Positions 1 to 8,643 of a stretch of 64,000 nucleotides of DNA are shown here, piece after piece; within the stretch, counting starts at the first letter, position 1, and each line of letters starts with the position of its first letter. A model generated the notes under the pieces. It saw nothing but the letters and a program-made list of their open reading frames with translations. It was not told the origin of the DNA and did not search any database. Source of the stretch: Chloroflexota bacterium (lineage in GTDB: Bacteria > Chloroflexota > Anaerolineae > DTLA01); contig JACIWU010000006.1 of the NCBI GenBank assembly GCA_014360805.1, positions 8,199 through 72,198 of the forward strand. Direction: 5' to 3'. The translations under genes and the position numbers were made by a program.

Positions 1-155
1 TCCTCTACGACCGCATCTGGGGCTACGACTTCGGCGGCGAGTCCAACATCCTGGAGGTGTACATCCGCTACCTGCGCGCCAAACTGGAGGCGGGCGGCGA
101 GCCTCGGCTCATCCACACCGTGCGGGGGGTTGGCTATGTCCTCCGCGAGGAGTAA
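1..155 (+). CDS. response regulator, C-terminal OmpR/PhoB-type winged-helix domain (5' partial, runs off window start)
   Basis: Frame from nt 3 reads [50 protein letters not shown], then TAA at 153-155. This is the typical trans_reg_C pattern. The stop lies 4 nt before the histidine kinase start. Confidence 0.85.
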   Translation, partial: LYDRIWGYDFGGESNILEVYIRYLRAKLEAGGEPRLIHTVRGVGYVLREE

Positions 156-159
156 GGCC

Positions 160-1554
160 ATGCCCATTCGCGCGCGGCTGACCCTGTGGTACGTGGGACT
201 ACTGGCGTTTGTGCTACTGGTCTTTGACGTGGCCGTGTACGCGGTGCTGGCCTACCGCACCTACGCCGACGTGGACCGGCAGGTGCAGACCCTGGCCGAT
301 CAGATCGTCATATCCATTCGGGCCGAGAACAACCCCCTGTCGGTGCTGGTTTCGGGACGGGTACGCCTCCCGCCGATGGACGCTTTCGCCACGCCGGACA
401 CGTACTGGCAGATCGTTCGCGCCGATGGGATCATCGCAGCGCGCTCGGCCAATCTCGGCGACCAGAACCTGCCCCTGGACAGCGAGACCCTCCAGAAGAC
501 CGGCCAGGGCGAGACTGTGCTGGCCACCGTTCGGGCGGGCAACGCGCGCGTGCGCATCTTCAGCACGCCGCTGGTGGTGCTGCGCAACAACGTCGGCACG
601 GTGCAGGTGGGTGCGTCGCTCCAGAACGTGGACGCTACGCTTCGGCGGGTGGCGGGCCTGCTCACGGCCGGCTCGTTTTTGGCCATCCTGGCGGCGGGAA
701 TCGTGGGGTTCGTGCTGGCGCGGGCCGCCCTCCGCCCCATTGACCAGGTAACCCAGGCGGCGCTGCGCATCACCCGCGCCGAGGACTTGAGCCGCCGCCT
801 GCCCGAGCCAACCGTCCAGGACGAGGTGGGCCGCCTCACGGCCACCTTCAACGAGATGCTGGGCCGGCTGGAAGACCTGTTCCGCGCGCAGCAGCACCTG
901 GTGGCCGACGTGTCGCACGAATTGCGCACGCCCCTGACGACGATTCAGGGCAACCTGGACCTGCTGCGCCGCGGCGCGCTGGAAGACCCCGACGCCCGCC
1001 GCGAGGCCCTCCGCGCCATAGAGGCGGATATCGGCGCCATGTCGCGCCTGGTTACCGACCTGCTCCTGCTGGCCCAGGCCGATGCCGGCGTCAAACTGGA
1101 GTTCCAGCCGGTGGAATTGGACACCCTCCTGCTGGACGTGTACCGCCAGGCGCAAAGGCTCTCCCAGGGCGTCAAGGTGAAACTGGGCGAAGAGGACCAG
1201 GCGCTCGTCATGGGCGACCCCGACCGCCTCCGCCAGTTGCTGCTGAACCTCGTGGACAATGCGCTGAAGTACACGCCAACGGGCGGCGAGGTAACCCTGT
1301 CCCTCCAGCGCGAGCCCGGCTGGGTCTGCATCTCCGTCGCCGACACCGGCATCGGCATCCCGCCCGAAGACCTTCCGCACATCTTTGAGCGGTTCTATCG
1401 CTCGGACAAAGCGCGCACCCGCGGCAAAGGCGGGACGGGCCTCGGCCTGGCCATCGCCAAGTGGATCGCCGAGGCCCACAACGGGCGCATCATCGTGGAG
1501 AGCGCCCCCGGCAAGGGCAGCACCTTCACGGTCTGGCTCCCGTCGCCCGCCTGA
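160..1554 (+). CDS. sensor histidine kinase (TM-sensor-TM-HAMP-HisKA-HATPase_c)
   Basis: ORF 130..1554. I chose ATG 160 (MPIRARLTLWYVGLLAFVLLVF, N-terminal TM). H-box SHELRTPLTTIQG; ATPase boxes LVDNALKYT, DTGIGI, GGTGLGLAI. Confidence 0.9.
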   Translation: MPIRARLTLWYVGLLAFVLLVFDVAVYAVLAYRTYADVDRQVQTLADQIVISIRAENNPLSVLVSGRVRLPPMDAFATPDTYWQIVRADGIIAARSANLGDQNLPLDSETLQKTGQGETVLATVRAGNARVRIFSTPLVVLRNNVGTVQVGASLQNVDATLRRVAGLLTAGSFLAILAAGIVGFVLARAALRPIDQVTQAALRITRAEDLSRRLPEPTVQDEVGRLTATFNEMLGRLEDLFRAQQHLVADVSHELRTPLTTIQGNLDLLRRGALEDPDARREALRAIEADIGAMSRLVTDLLLLAQADAGVKLEFQPVELDTLLLDVYRQAQRLSQGVKVKLGEEDQALVMGDPDRLRQLLLNLVDNALKYTPTGGEVTLSLQREPGWVCISVADTGIGIPPEDLPHIFERFYRSDKARTRGKGGTGLGLAIAKWIAEAHNGRIIVESAPGKGSTFTVWLPSPA

Positions 1555-1566
1555 AACGGCACACCG

Positions 1567-1860
1567 TTAGTACGCCTGGTTGTCCATGACCACCGGCAGG
1601 AACCGCCGGAAGATGCGCACCAGCCCGTACCAGTAGCCCAGGTTCGCCTTGTAGTTGGCGCTTGTCATCGTGCCGATGACCGTCTGCCCTACGGTAAAGT
1701 GGGCCACGTAGTTGGACGACGTGGACGTGCCCCCGCCATTGCTCGTCCCTGGCGTGAACCAGTCCAGCCGGTAGTTGGACGACGTCATCGCCACGGCCCC
1801 CAGCGCCAGCGCCACGGCCACCACAAGGAGCAGCCCCATGCGCGCGAATCTGCGTCTCAT
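1567..1860 (-). CDS. small secreted/membrane-anchored protein with three SxNY repeats (97 aa), hypothetical
   Basis: ORF 1567..1992. I chose ATG 1860 (MRRRFARMGLLLVVAVALALGAVA), preceded by TAGGAGGG that overlaps the upstream gene stop. Repeats are SSNYRLDW, SSNYVAHF and SANYKANL. C-terminus is RRFLPVVMDNQAY. Confidence 0.6.
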   Translation of the reverse strand: MRRRFARMGLLLVVAVALALGAVAMTSSNYRLDWFTPGTSNGGGTSTSSNYVAHFTVGQTVIGTMTSANYKANLGYWYGLVRIFRRFLPVVMDNQAY

Positions 1861-1870
1861 GGCCGCCCTC

Positions 1871-3163
1871 CTAGTACAGGTGGTGATGGCCGAGTTGGAT
1901 GCGCACGCCGCCCAACTGGATGTAGGTACTGTCGTCGGCGAAGTACAAGTTGAAGTACAGGCCGAGAATGCCCTGGCTTGCCGACAGGACATTGTTCACC
2001 GCTAGCGTGTAGGACGTCGCCGTAGTGCTCTTGTGGTCAGTGAGATTAGAAACGAGAGTAACCCAGGAATCCGCTTTCGTTTGCTTTGTCAAGTATGTTG
2101 AGCTGATATACGCCTTACTCCCGTCCTCGCACTTGTAGTATACGGTTATGCTCTCAACGTCCACGGGCTGGCCGTACAACACGGCAGGCAGGACGATGGA
2201 GAGATACACCGTCTTGGAGCCCGGCTCGGACCCGCGCCATATTCTGACTGACCCGTTCGCATACACATCCCAGCGAGTGGTGTCACTACTCAGGTTCTTG
2301 ATGATCTGCGTGCCGGGGATGAAGATATACGAGTCGGCCTTGGTCTCAATGGAGCCGTTGTTGTTGATGCGGATTTCGTCCTCGCCGCCGTCCCCGCCAA
2401 ACCCCTTCAGCAGTAGCCCGGTACCCCGGTTATGGATGACCACCGAGGCGTCGCTGCTGTTGGCGTCCGCGTGAAGCGCAATACCGCTCGCGCCCCCCGC
2501 CTCCGCCTTCATCGCCGGCCCGCTCAACCCCGCGCCTTCACTCCACGCATACACGCCGATCCCGCCGCCGGAGTTCTCGCCCGACACCCCCGCGTGGTTG
2601 TTCGCGTCGCTGCGGCCGTGCACCGCGTCATGGCCCTTGCTGTACGCGTCCAGCCCCCAGCCGCTCCCGTGGTTGAACACGTTCAGGATCGCGCCGGTGG
2701 ACGTCTCGCTGATCACCGCCCCGGGCCGCAGGCTCCACGCGTATGGCACCGCGTAGATCTTCTGCCGAGGCGTCATCTCCGCATCGCTCCCCACCTTGAT
2801 ACCCAGCCACACCTGTCGCCCGTTCAGGTCTGAGGCCTCGCACCAATCCATGTACGCGTTGAACAACCCGTTGACTGCCGTAACATTGTCTGAGTCTGAA
2901 CACAGGGCTGTGCCGCCTGTCGCCGCGTCATACAAGGTCATCACGATGGTGCGCGTGCCGTTGATGGGGTTGCCGTTGCGGTCCAGCAACCGCCCCTGAA
3001 TGGGAATCACATCATCCAGCGAGGTTGCCACGCCCACGTCGCCTTGAGGCAGAACGTCGTCGTCCTCCCCTGGCCCCTGGGCCAGCGTCAACCCCACCGC
3101 TCCTGCCAAGACGAGAGCCGCCACGAGGAAAACCACACCCATGAGAATCCGCTTCCGTTCCAT
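1871..3163 (-). CDS. secreted tail-fibre-like / beta-rich surface protein, hypothetical (430 aa)
   Basis: ORF 1871..3325. I chose ATG 3163 (MERKRILMGVVFLVAALVLAGAVG signal), preceded by GAAAGGAG. N-terminal module is IPIQGRLLDRNGNPINGTRTIVMTLYDAATGGTALCSDSDNVTAVNGLFNAYM. The Gly-rich centre is followed by a visibly lower-GC 3' third. Confidence 0.7.
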   Translation of the reverse strand: MERKRILMGVVFLVAALVLAGAVGLTLAQGPGEDDDVLPQGDVGVATSLDDVIPIQGRLLDRNGNPINGTRTIVMTLYDAATGGTALCSDSDNVTAVNGLFNAYMDWCEASDLNGRQVWLGIKVGSDAEMTPRQKIYAVPYAWSLRPGAVISETSTGAILNVFNHGSGWGLDAYSKGHDAVHGRSDANNHAGVSGENSGGGIGVYAWSEGAGLSGPAMKAEAGGASGIALHADANSSDASVVIHNRGTGLLLKGFGGDGGEDEIRINNNGSIETKADSYIFIPGTQIIKNLSSDTTRWDVYANGSVRIWRGSEPGSKTVYLSIVLPAVLYGQPVDVESITVYYKCEDGSKAYISSTYLTKQTKADSWVTLVSNLTDHKSTTATSYTLAVNNVLSASQGILGLYFNLYFADDSTYIQLGGVRIQLGHHHLY

Positions 3164-3334
3164 GTCCCTACTCCTTTCGCTTTGTGGGGCGCAGTGCGCC
3201 TGGGTGGATACGCCGCACACGCGGCACACACGATTGGAGAAGCCGTTTGGAGTGAGTGGGGCGGGGCCATCTCGCCCCACAGGGGCGCAATATTCCGTAA
3301 TGAGGACGCAAAGAACCGCGGCCACTCTGAGCGT

Positions 3335-3363
3335 ATTCTAGCACAAAATCTCAACGCTTGCAA
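3335..3363 (-). promoter_or_regulatory. sigma-70-like promoter TTGCAA-17-TAGAAT (minus strand) for the 1871..3163 operon
   Basis: Reverse complement reads TTGCAA (3358-3363), a 17-nt spacer and TAGAAT (3335-3340). It lies about 170 nt upstream of ATG 3163. Confidence 0.45.
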
Positions 3364-3418
3364 GGCGGTTTTGGGTACGTCGCATCCTAACCTCGCCCCG
3401 CCCGCACGGGGAGAACAC

Positions 3419-3490
3419 GTAGGGCGGCTTTCCATAGCCGCCCGCCCGCCCCCTCGCCCCGCTTGCGGGCAGAGGGCTAGGGTGAGGGGC
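3419..3490 (+). repeat. REP-like family A unit (GTAGGGCGGCTTTCCATAGCCGCC hairpin plus CCCCTCGCCCCGCNTGCGGGNAGAGGG..GGTGAGG hairpin)
   Basis: GGGCGGCT/AGCCGCCC and CCCTCGCCCCGC/GCGGGCAGAGGG are inverted repeats. Near-identical units occur at 10935 and 11027, with partial copies elsewhere. Confidence 0.85.
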
Positions 3491-3578
3491 AGCCCGCCCG
3501 CCCCGCTCGCGATTTCCACGGACCCGGATTTATGCCTCCGACTCGGGTCCAAAGTTCATTGGCCGCGCCATTTGCATC

Positions 3579-3640
3579 GGTGCGACGCAGTTCCCGAAGT
3601 GCGTCGCAGATTGGTCGCCCACACGAGACGGAGTCGGATA
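3579..3640 (-). repeat. REP-like family C unit (GTGCGACGCA..TTCCCGAAG..TGCGTCGCA hairpin plus GGTCGCC..GACGGAG arm), inverted orientation
   Basis: It matches the reverse complement of the units at 25187-25256 and 38637-38702, and has the same orientation as 29883-29947. Confidence 0.8.
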
Positions 3641-3654
3641 TACCTCTTGTCCCA

Positions 3655-3683
3655 TTGACCTCCGCACCACCCGGTGCTATAAT
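3655..3683 (+). promoter_or_regulatory. sigma-70-like promoter TTGACC-17-TATAAT
   Basis: TTGACC at 3655-3660, a 17-nt spacer, TATAAT at 3678-3683. It lies 51 nt upstream of ATG 3734. Confidence 0.5.
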
Positions 3684-3733
3684 GGGCGCGTAGGGCTGCC
3701 CCCCGAAACCCGTGGCCCTGCGGAGTAGCGGCC

Positions 3734-4471
3734 ATGCGAACTCTGGACCTGAGCGCCTGGAGCCAGCAGCAACTGATGTACCTGCTGATCGCCACATTTC
3801 TCGCGATCATCCTCCTCATTGTGGCGTTGTTGATCTACCTGCGCCGGACGCGCCCGCAGCCGACAAGGACCGACAAGGGCGAGATGGCCCCGCCGCCCGA
3901 GATCGTGCTGCGGCGCCGCGGATGGGCAGGCCGCATGGAGGTGATCATCGGGGGGCGCACGTACCGGCGCATGAAGGATGTGGACGATGCGGCCACGCGT
4001 CGCGCGCTGATGTTGGCCGCCGGCGACCTCGTCGCGTTCGTTGAGCCGACGGCCACGCAGGCACCTCCGCCCAAGACCAGCCCGCCCACGGCAGCCGCCG
4101 AGGCGCCCAGCACCGGCAAGTACTACGCGCCGGCGCGGGAACTGGCCCAGCAGGCGTTTCTCGCCCAACTGGAGGCGGCCAACCTCGCCGCGCCTCCGAG
4201 TGGCGGCTGGCTGGCGGTGCTCGGCAGAGGGCTGGGTTCGCGCACCACGGGCGGGGCGGCCGGCTCTTTTGTAGAGGACATTGAGCAGATTATCCAGCGA
4301 AGGTGCAAGGAGCAAAGCATTGACATGTCCGTTCATCTCCGCACCGACGGACAAGGAATCGTGCGCGTGGAGGTGGACGGCGTCCTGTACGACAGCCCCG
4401 CCGACATTCCAGACATCGCCATCCGCGAGTTGATCCGTGCTGCCGTGGGAGAGTGGGAGGCGCGCTTCTAA
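3734..4471 (+). CDS. hypothetical single-pass membrane protein (245 aa)
   Basis: ORF with an N-terminal TM (LMYLLIATFLAIILLIVALLIYL), a Pro/Ala-rich linker and a C-terminal globular part. I recognise no family. Confidence 0.6.
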   Translation: MRTLDLSAWSQQQLMYLLIATFLAIILLIVALLIYLRRTRPQPTRTDKGEMAPPPEIVLRRRGWAGRMEVIIGGRTYRRMKDVDDAATRRALMLAAGDLVAFVEPTATQAPPPKTSPPTAAAEAPSTGKYYAPARELAQQAFLAQLEAANLAAPPSGGWLAVLGRGLGSRTTGGAAGSFVEDIEQIIQRRCKEQSIDMSVHLRTDGQGIVRVEVDGVLYDSPADIPDIAIRELIRAAVGEWEARF

Positions 4472-4543
4472 CCCCGCAGGCCCGTCCGACGGCGCCATGC
4501 TCAAAGCCCACTCCGGCTGCAGCCCAGTGAAAGGAGTAGGGAC

Positions 4544-7500
4544 ATGGGTACCGATATGTTGCGCCTACGCGGGCCCCGCGGCCGCATCGTGCTGGCCTGG
4601 GTGTCTGTCGCGGTGGGCGTCGCCCTGGTGCTGGGACTCGCCGCCGAAGCGATGAGTCCCCCCGCGCCGCAGGCCCCGGCCGAAGCGGAGATCGTGTTCC
4701 AGGAAGCGCCTCTTGCACCCCCCGAACCCTATGAGCCGCATCCCCAGGGCGGCTACATTCCTCCGCCGGTAAACCTCTCGCACTTCCACGCCACCTGGGA
4801 TGGCCCCGCCCCTGCGGCGAACCTATCGCGCTTTGACTGGCGCGAGCAGGGAAAGGTAACGTCGGTCAAAAACCAGAACCCCTGCGGCGCATGCTACGCC
4901 TTCGCCAGCATCGCCGCCTTTGAATCCAAACTCCTCATTGACAACGCAGGCACGTGGGATTTTTCGGAGAACAACGCCAAAGAGTGCGACTGGTATGCCG
5001 GCTCCTGCGGCGGTGGCAACTACTACCGCATGGCGAGTTTCTTCTCACAAGCCGGCACTGTGCTGGAATCGTGCGACCCCTACGTGCCTTCCGACGTGCC
5101 CTGCACCACGGGCTGCCCGTACCAGAAGACCCTGCTAGACTGGCGCATCGTCTCGGGCAACGCCATACCGGATACCAACACGCTGAAGAACTACATCATG
5201 ACCTACGGGCCGGTGATGACCACGATGTACGCGGGCAGTTCCAACAACGCCTGGCAGCGGGAATTCAGCGCCTACGACGGCAGTTACACGCTCTACTACA
5301 CCGGATCGGGCAACCCCAACCACGGTGTGCTCATCATCGGCTGGGATGACTCGCTACCGCACGCGGGCGGAACCGGCGCGTGGATCGTGAAAAACTCGTG
5401 GGGCACCAACTGGGGCGGGACGTGCGGCTTCGGCTCCGAGCGCGGCTACTTCACCATCGCCTACGGGTCGGCTAAGATCGGGGGGAATTCTGCTTTCATT
5501 TACGACTGGCAGAACTACGACACAAACGGCAGCATCCTATACTACGACGAAGCCGGATGGCAGGGCTCTTCTTGGGGTGTCGGAACTACCACCTTGTGGG
5601 GTCTTGCCAAATTCTACCCTCCCACGAACACAAATGTAACCCGCGTGGAGTTCTGGACGACCGACAGGACTACCGATGTGGATGTGTACCTGTACGGCGA
5701 CTTCAACGGGACAACGCTCAGCAACCTGTTGGCCCAGAAGTTGAACAACGCCTTCAACGAGCCGGGATACCATTCGGTTGCACTGGACGCGCCGGTGCCG
5801 GTCAGCGCCGGGGATGACGTGATCGCCGTGGTGAAGGTTACCAACCAATCCTACACGTACCCCGTGGCCTCCGACCGAGACGGGCCGCACGAGACCGGCC
5901 GCACGTATATCAGCGCCAACGGGACATCGTGGACCGACCTGGGCGCCAACCATTCGCAAGATGTGGCCATCCGCATCCGCACGACCGGGCAGGCGGCGAC
6001 CAGCCCCACGCCCACGCCCACGCGGACGGCAACGCCATCGGGCGGGGCGCCGGCGACCGGCCCGTGGTCGGGCACTACCAGCCGAGGCCAGCCCATGTCG
6101 TTTGACGTGCAGGGAGGCGGCGCGCAGTGGGCCAACTTCCGGCTGAAGACCGACTTCGTCGCGACCACCTGCGGCAACGCCACCGGCACCACCGAGATCA
6201 CGCTATACGGTCCGGGGAGCATTACCGGCGGGCAGTTCAGCGGGGGCACCAGCACCTTCTCGTTCACCGGCCAGTTCTCGTCACCGACGGCGGCCAGCGG
6301 GACTTACGCATTCACCAATCACCAGATCATCGTAGGGCTGCCGTATCCGCCCTACATTTGCTACTACTACCTGACCCAGTCGGGAACGTGGAGCGCGACG
6401 CCTGGGAGCGCGGGCACAGCAACGCCGACGCCGACGGCGACGCGGACCCCTACCCGCACACCCACGCGCACCCCGACGGCAACGCGGACGGCGACGCGGA
6501 CCCCTACCCGCACACCCACGCGCACGGCCACGCGAACTCCGACGCCGACGGCGACGCGCACGCCCACGCGCCGCCCGACGAACACCCCCGGCCCGTCGCC
6601 CACGTGGGTGCCTGGGGCACAGGCGCGGGTCTGGCTGCCCATCGCCTTCCGGGACTGGAATATGTCCGCCGCGCCCACGGCCACCGCCACGCGGACACCG
6701 ACGCGGACGCCAACTCCCGGCCAGCAGGTAATCCGGATTGGGGTGGCTGCCGATCTCAGTGGGCCAGCGGCCTATGTGGGATGGCCGCAGGTCAACGCTG
6801 TGCAACTGGCCATCAACCAGACGAATGCCGCCGGCGGCGTCCGCATCGGAGGAACGTCCTACCTTTTGGAACTGGTAGCCGCGGACAGCGCCTGCAACGG
6901 GGAACTGGCTCCAGGCGCAGCCAATGATCTGATCAACGCCGGGGTGGTTGCTGTGGTGGGACACACGTGCAGCGCCGAATCCATCGCCGCCCAGCCCATT
7001 TACTACGCTGCCGGTGTGCCTATGATCTCCCCTTCGTCCAGCAATCCGGAACTGACCCTGTTAGGCTACAACACGACCTTCCGAACAGTGCCCCATGATG
7101 GCACTCCGCCGACCCTCTTGGCAACCTACCTGCGCAACTCTGCAGGCCTGTCCCGAAGCGCCATCGTGGACAGCAGCCCGGCGGTGCCCTGGTGGGGCGA
7201 CTCCTACGCGGCGACCTTCACGGCGCTGGGCGGCACCATCACCAGCCGGCGCGCGGTGAACAGCACCGACGAATTCACGGCCACGCTGGCGGCTATCCAG
7301 GCGGAAAGCCCGGATGCCATCGCGAACCTGTCGCTCTCGGGGCCGGTGGAGGCCGGCCTGTTCAGCCAAATCGCCTGCGACCTGGGGATGACAGATGTGC
7401 CCGTCGGCTGGATGTCGCGGACGAACGACGAGTCGGTGTTGACCGACTACGCCAACACGGCCGGGGCGGCAGCCGAAGGCGACTACATCGCCATGTCGTT

Positions 7501-8485
7501 CCGACGCTTCCAGGACATGCCCGGCTGGCAGGGCTTCCTGGACGCTTACCTGGCTGCCGGGTTTCCCAACGAACCTGACCATCCAGGTGTCCACGGCGCG
7601 ATTGCCTATGATACCGCCCGCATCATCATCTCCGCCATGGTCCGGTCGCAGAGCACCAGCCCTGCCGTGATTCGGGATTTCATCGCCGCGACGAGCAACT
7701 ACGAGGGCGTGGTCGGCACCTATGTGGGCTTTGACGCTCACGGCGACGTCATCCCACAGTGGTCCTGGCTGGAGCAATACCGGAACGGGGCGTGGGTAGA
7801 GGTTGCCAGGGAACAGCCACCCGCGCCCACGGCCACCGCCACGCGGACACCGACGCGGACGCCAACAAGAACGCCGACGCGCACGCCAACCGCAACGCCC
7901 GGCGGAATGCCGCAAGGGCTGCATGTGCTGGACAACTACTCTCATTACGTGGACGAGATAGATTGGCTGCACATCGTGGGCGAGGTGTTCAACAACACGG
8001 CCAACGACTTCTGGCTGGTGGATGTTCCCATCGCATTCTACGATGGCAGCGGGCGGCTAATCACCGCGAATCTGGGATGGACGCCACTGGACGACCTGCC
8101 TGCGGGGGAGACAACCTGTTTCCACGCTCTTCTGCAGAACCCAACAGGGTGGGTGTACTACGAGTTCGGCCAGCCGGACGGTCTGGTGATGGGCGAGAAA
8201 TGGCCGAACCTGACATTCCTGTCGCACACCGGATCTGTGGACGCCTTTGGCCAGTACCACCTCACGGGGCAGGTGCGCAACGACCACGGCTCCACAGTAG
8301 AGTGGGTGCAGGTGGCGGGGACGTTGTACAACGCTCAGGGCATCGTGGTGGGGTGCGAGTCGGCCTTCACGGACCCGGAGGACCTCAACCCATCGCAGGT
8401 CGGTGCGTTTGACATCCCATTCTTTGGGCGCAATTACTCTGACGCTGCGTCGTACAAACTCCAGGCGGACGGCGACCCGCAGTAG
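4544..8485 (+). CDS. secreted multidomain protein: papain-like (C1) cysteine protease + beta domains + PT linkers + type-I periplasmic binding (LivK-like) domain + tandem FxLYD-like domains
   Basis: AAGGAG precedes ATG 4544, followed by a signal peptide. C1 triad context: [43 protein letters not shown]1 motif block: [37 protein letters not shown]...[30 protein letters not shown]. The C-terminus has two units with IAFYD and GTLYN motifs. Confidence 0.9.
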   Translation: MGTDMLRLRGPRGRIVLAWVSVAVGVALVLGLAAEAMSPPAPQAPAEAEIVFQEAPLAPPEPYEPHPQGGYIPPPVNLSHFHATWDGPAPAANLSRFDWREQGKVTSVKNQNPCGACYAFASIAAFESKLLIDNAGTWDFSENNAKECDWYAGSCGGGNYYRMASFFSQAGTVLESCDPYVPSDVPCTTGCPYQKTLLDWRIVSGNAIPDTNTLKNYIMTYGPVMTTMYAGSSNNAWQREFSAYDGSYTLYYTGSGNPNHGVLIIGWDDSLPHAGGTGAWIVKNSWGTNWGGTCGFGSERGYFTIAYGSAKIGGNSAFIYDWQNYDTNGSILYYDEAGWQGSSWGVGTTTLWGLAKFYPPTNTNVTRVEFWTTDRTTDVDVYLYGDFNGTTLSNLLAQKLNNAFNEPGYHSVALDAPVPVSAGDDVIAVVKVTNQSYTYPVASDRDGPHETGRTYISANGTSWTDLGANHSQDVAIRIRTTGQAATSPTPTPTRTATPSGGAPATGPWSGTTSRGQPMSFDVQGGGAQWANFRLKTDFVATTCGNATGTTEITLYGPGSITGGQFSGGTSTFSFTGQFSSPTAASGTYAFTNHQIIVGLPYPPYICYYYLTQSGTWSATPGSAGTATPTPTATRTPTRTPTRTPTATRTATRTPTRTPTRTATRTPTPTATRTPTRRPTNTPGPSPTWVPGAQARVWLPIAFRDWNMSAAPTATATRTPTRTPTPGQQVIRIGVAADLSGPAAYVGWPQVNAVQLAINQTNAAGGVRIGGTSYLLELVAADSACNGELAPGAANDLINAGVVAVVGHTCSAESIAAQPIYYAAGVPMISPSSSNPELTLLGYNTTFRTVPHDGTPPTLLATYLRNSAGLSRSAIVDSSPAVPWWGDSYAATFTALGGTITSRRAVNSTDEFTATLAAIQAESPDAIANLSLSGPVEAGLFSQIACDLGMTDVPVGWMSRTNDESVLTDYANTAGAAAEGDYIAMSFRRFQDMPGWQGFLDAYLAAGFPNEPDHPGVHGAIAYDTARIIISAMVRSQSTSPAVIRDFIAATSNYEGVVGTYVGFDAHGDVIPQWSWLEQYRNGAWVEVAREQPPAPTATATRTPTRTPTRTPTRTPTATPGGMPQGLHVLDNYSHYVDEIDWLHIVGEVFNNTANDFWLVDVPIAFYDGSGRLITANLGWTPLDDLPAGETTCFHALLQNPTGWVYYEFGQPDGLVMGEKWPNLTFLSHTGSVDAFGQYHLTGQVRNDHGSTVEWVQVAGTLYNAQGIVVGCESAFTDPEDLNPSQVGAFDIPFFGRNYSDAASYKLQADGDPQ

Positions 8486-8521
8486 GCAAGCCCGCGATTC
8501 GCCACCAGTTCGGCATCCGCT

Positions 8522-8553
8522 AGCCACGTCCGGCCCTCCGGGCGTGGCTTTTT
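8522..8553 (+). terminator. intrinsic terminator
   Basis: 12-bp stem AGCCACGTCCGG / CCGGGCGTGGCT with a CCCT loop, followed by TTTT. It lies 37 nt after the stop at 8485. Confidence 0.8.
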
Positions 8554-8590
8554 CATGGGAACTGCGTTATAGTCTATGGCGTCGAGTGTT

Positions 8591-8619
8591 TTGACAGCCG
8601 GTCGCCCATAGGCTACACT
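8591..8619 (+). promoter_or_regulatory. sigma-70-like promoter TTGACA-17-TACACT
   Basis: TTGACA at 8591-8596 and TACACT at 8614-8619. GGAGG and ATG 8644 lie downstream. Confidence 0.5.
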
Positions 8620-8643
8620 CACCGCCGGAGGAATGGGATTCCC

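Noticed and set aside
130-159. Histidine kinase start at ATG 130 (track ORF start)
   Set aside because: It would overlap the response-regulator coding end by 26 nt and add a non-hydrophobic extension. ATG 160 directly precedes the first TM helix and follows the upstream stop by 4 nt.
6367-6964. Minus-strand ORFs with [10 protein letters not shown] repeats (also 9867..10460 and 29102..29768 on the opposite strands of PT linkers)
   Set aside because: They are the reverse-complement reading of ACGCCCACGCGCACG-type Pro/Thr linker codons inside well-supported genes.
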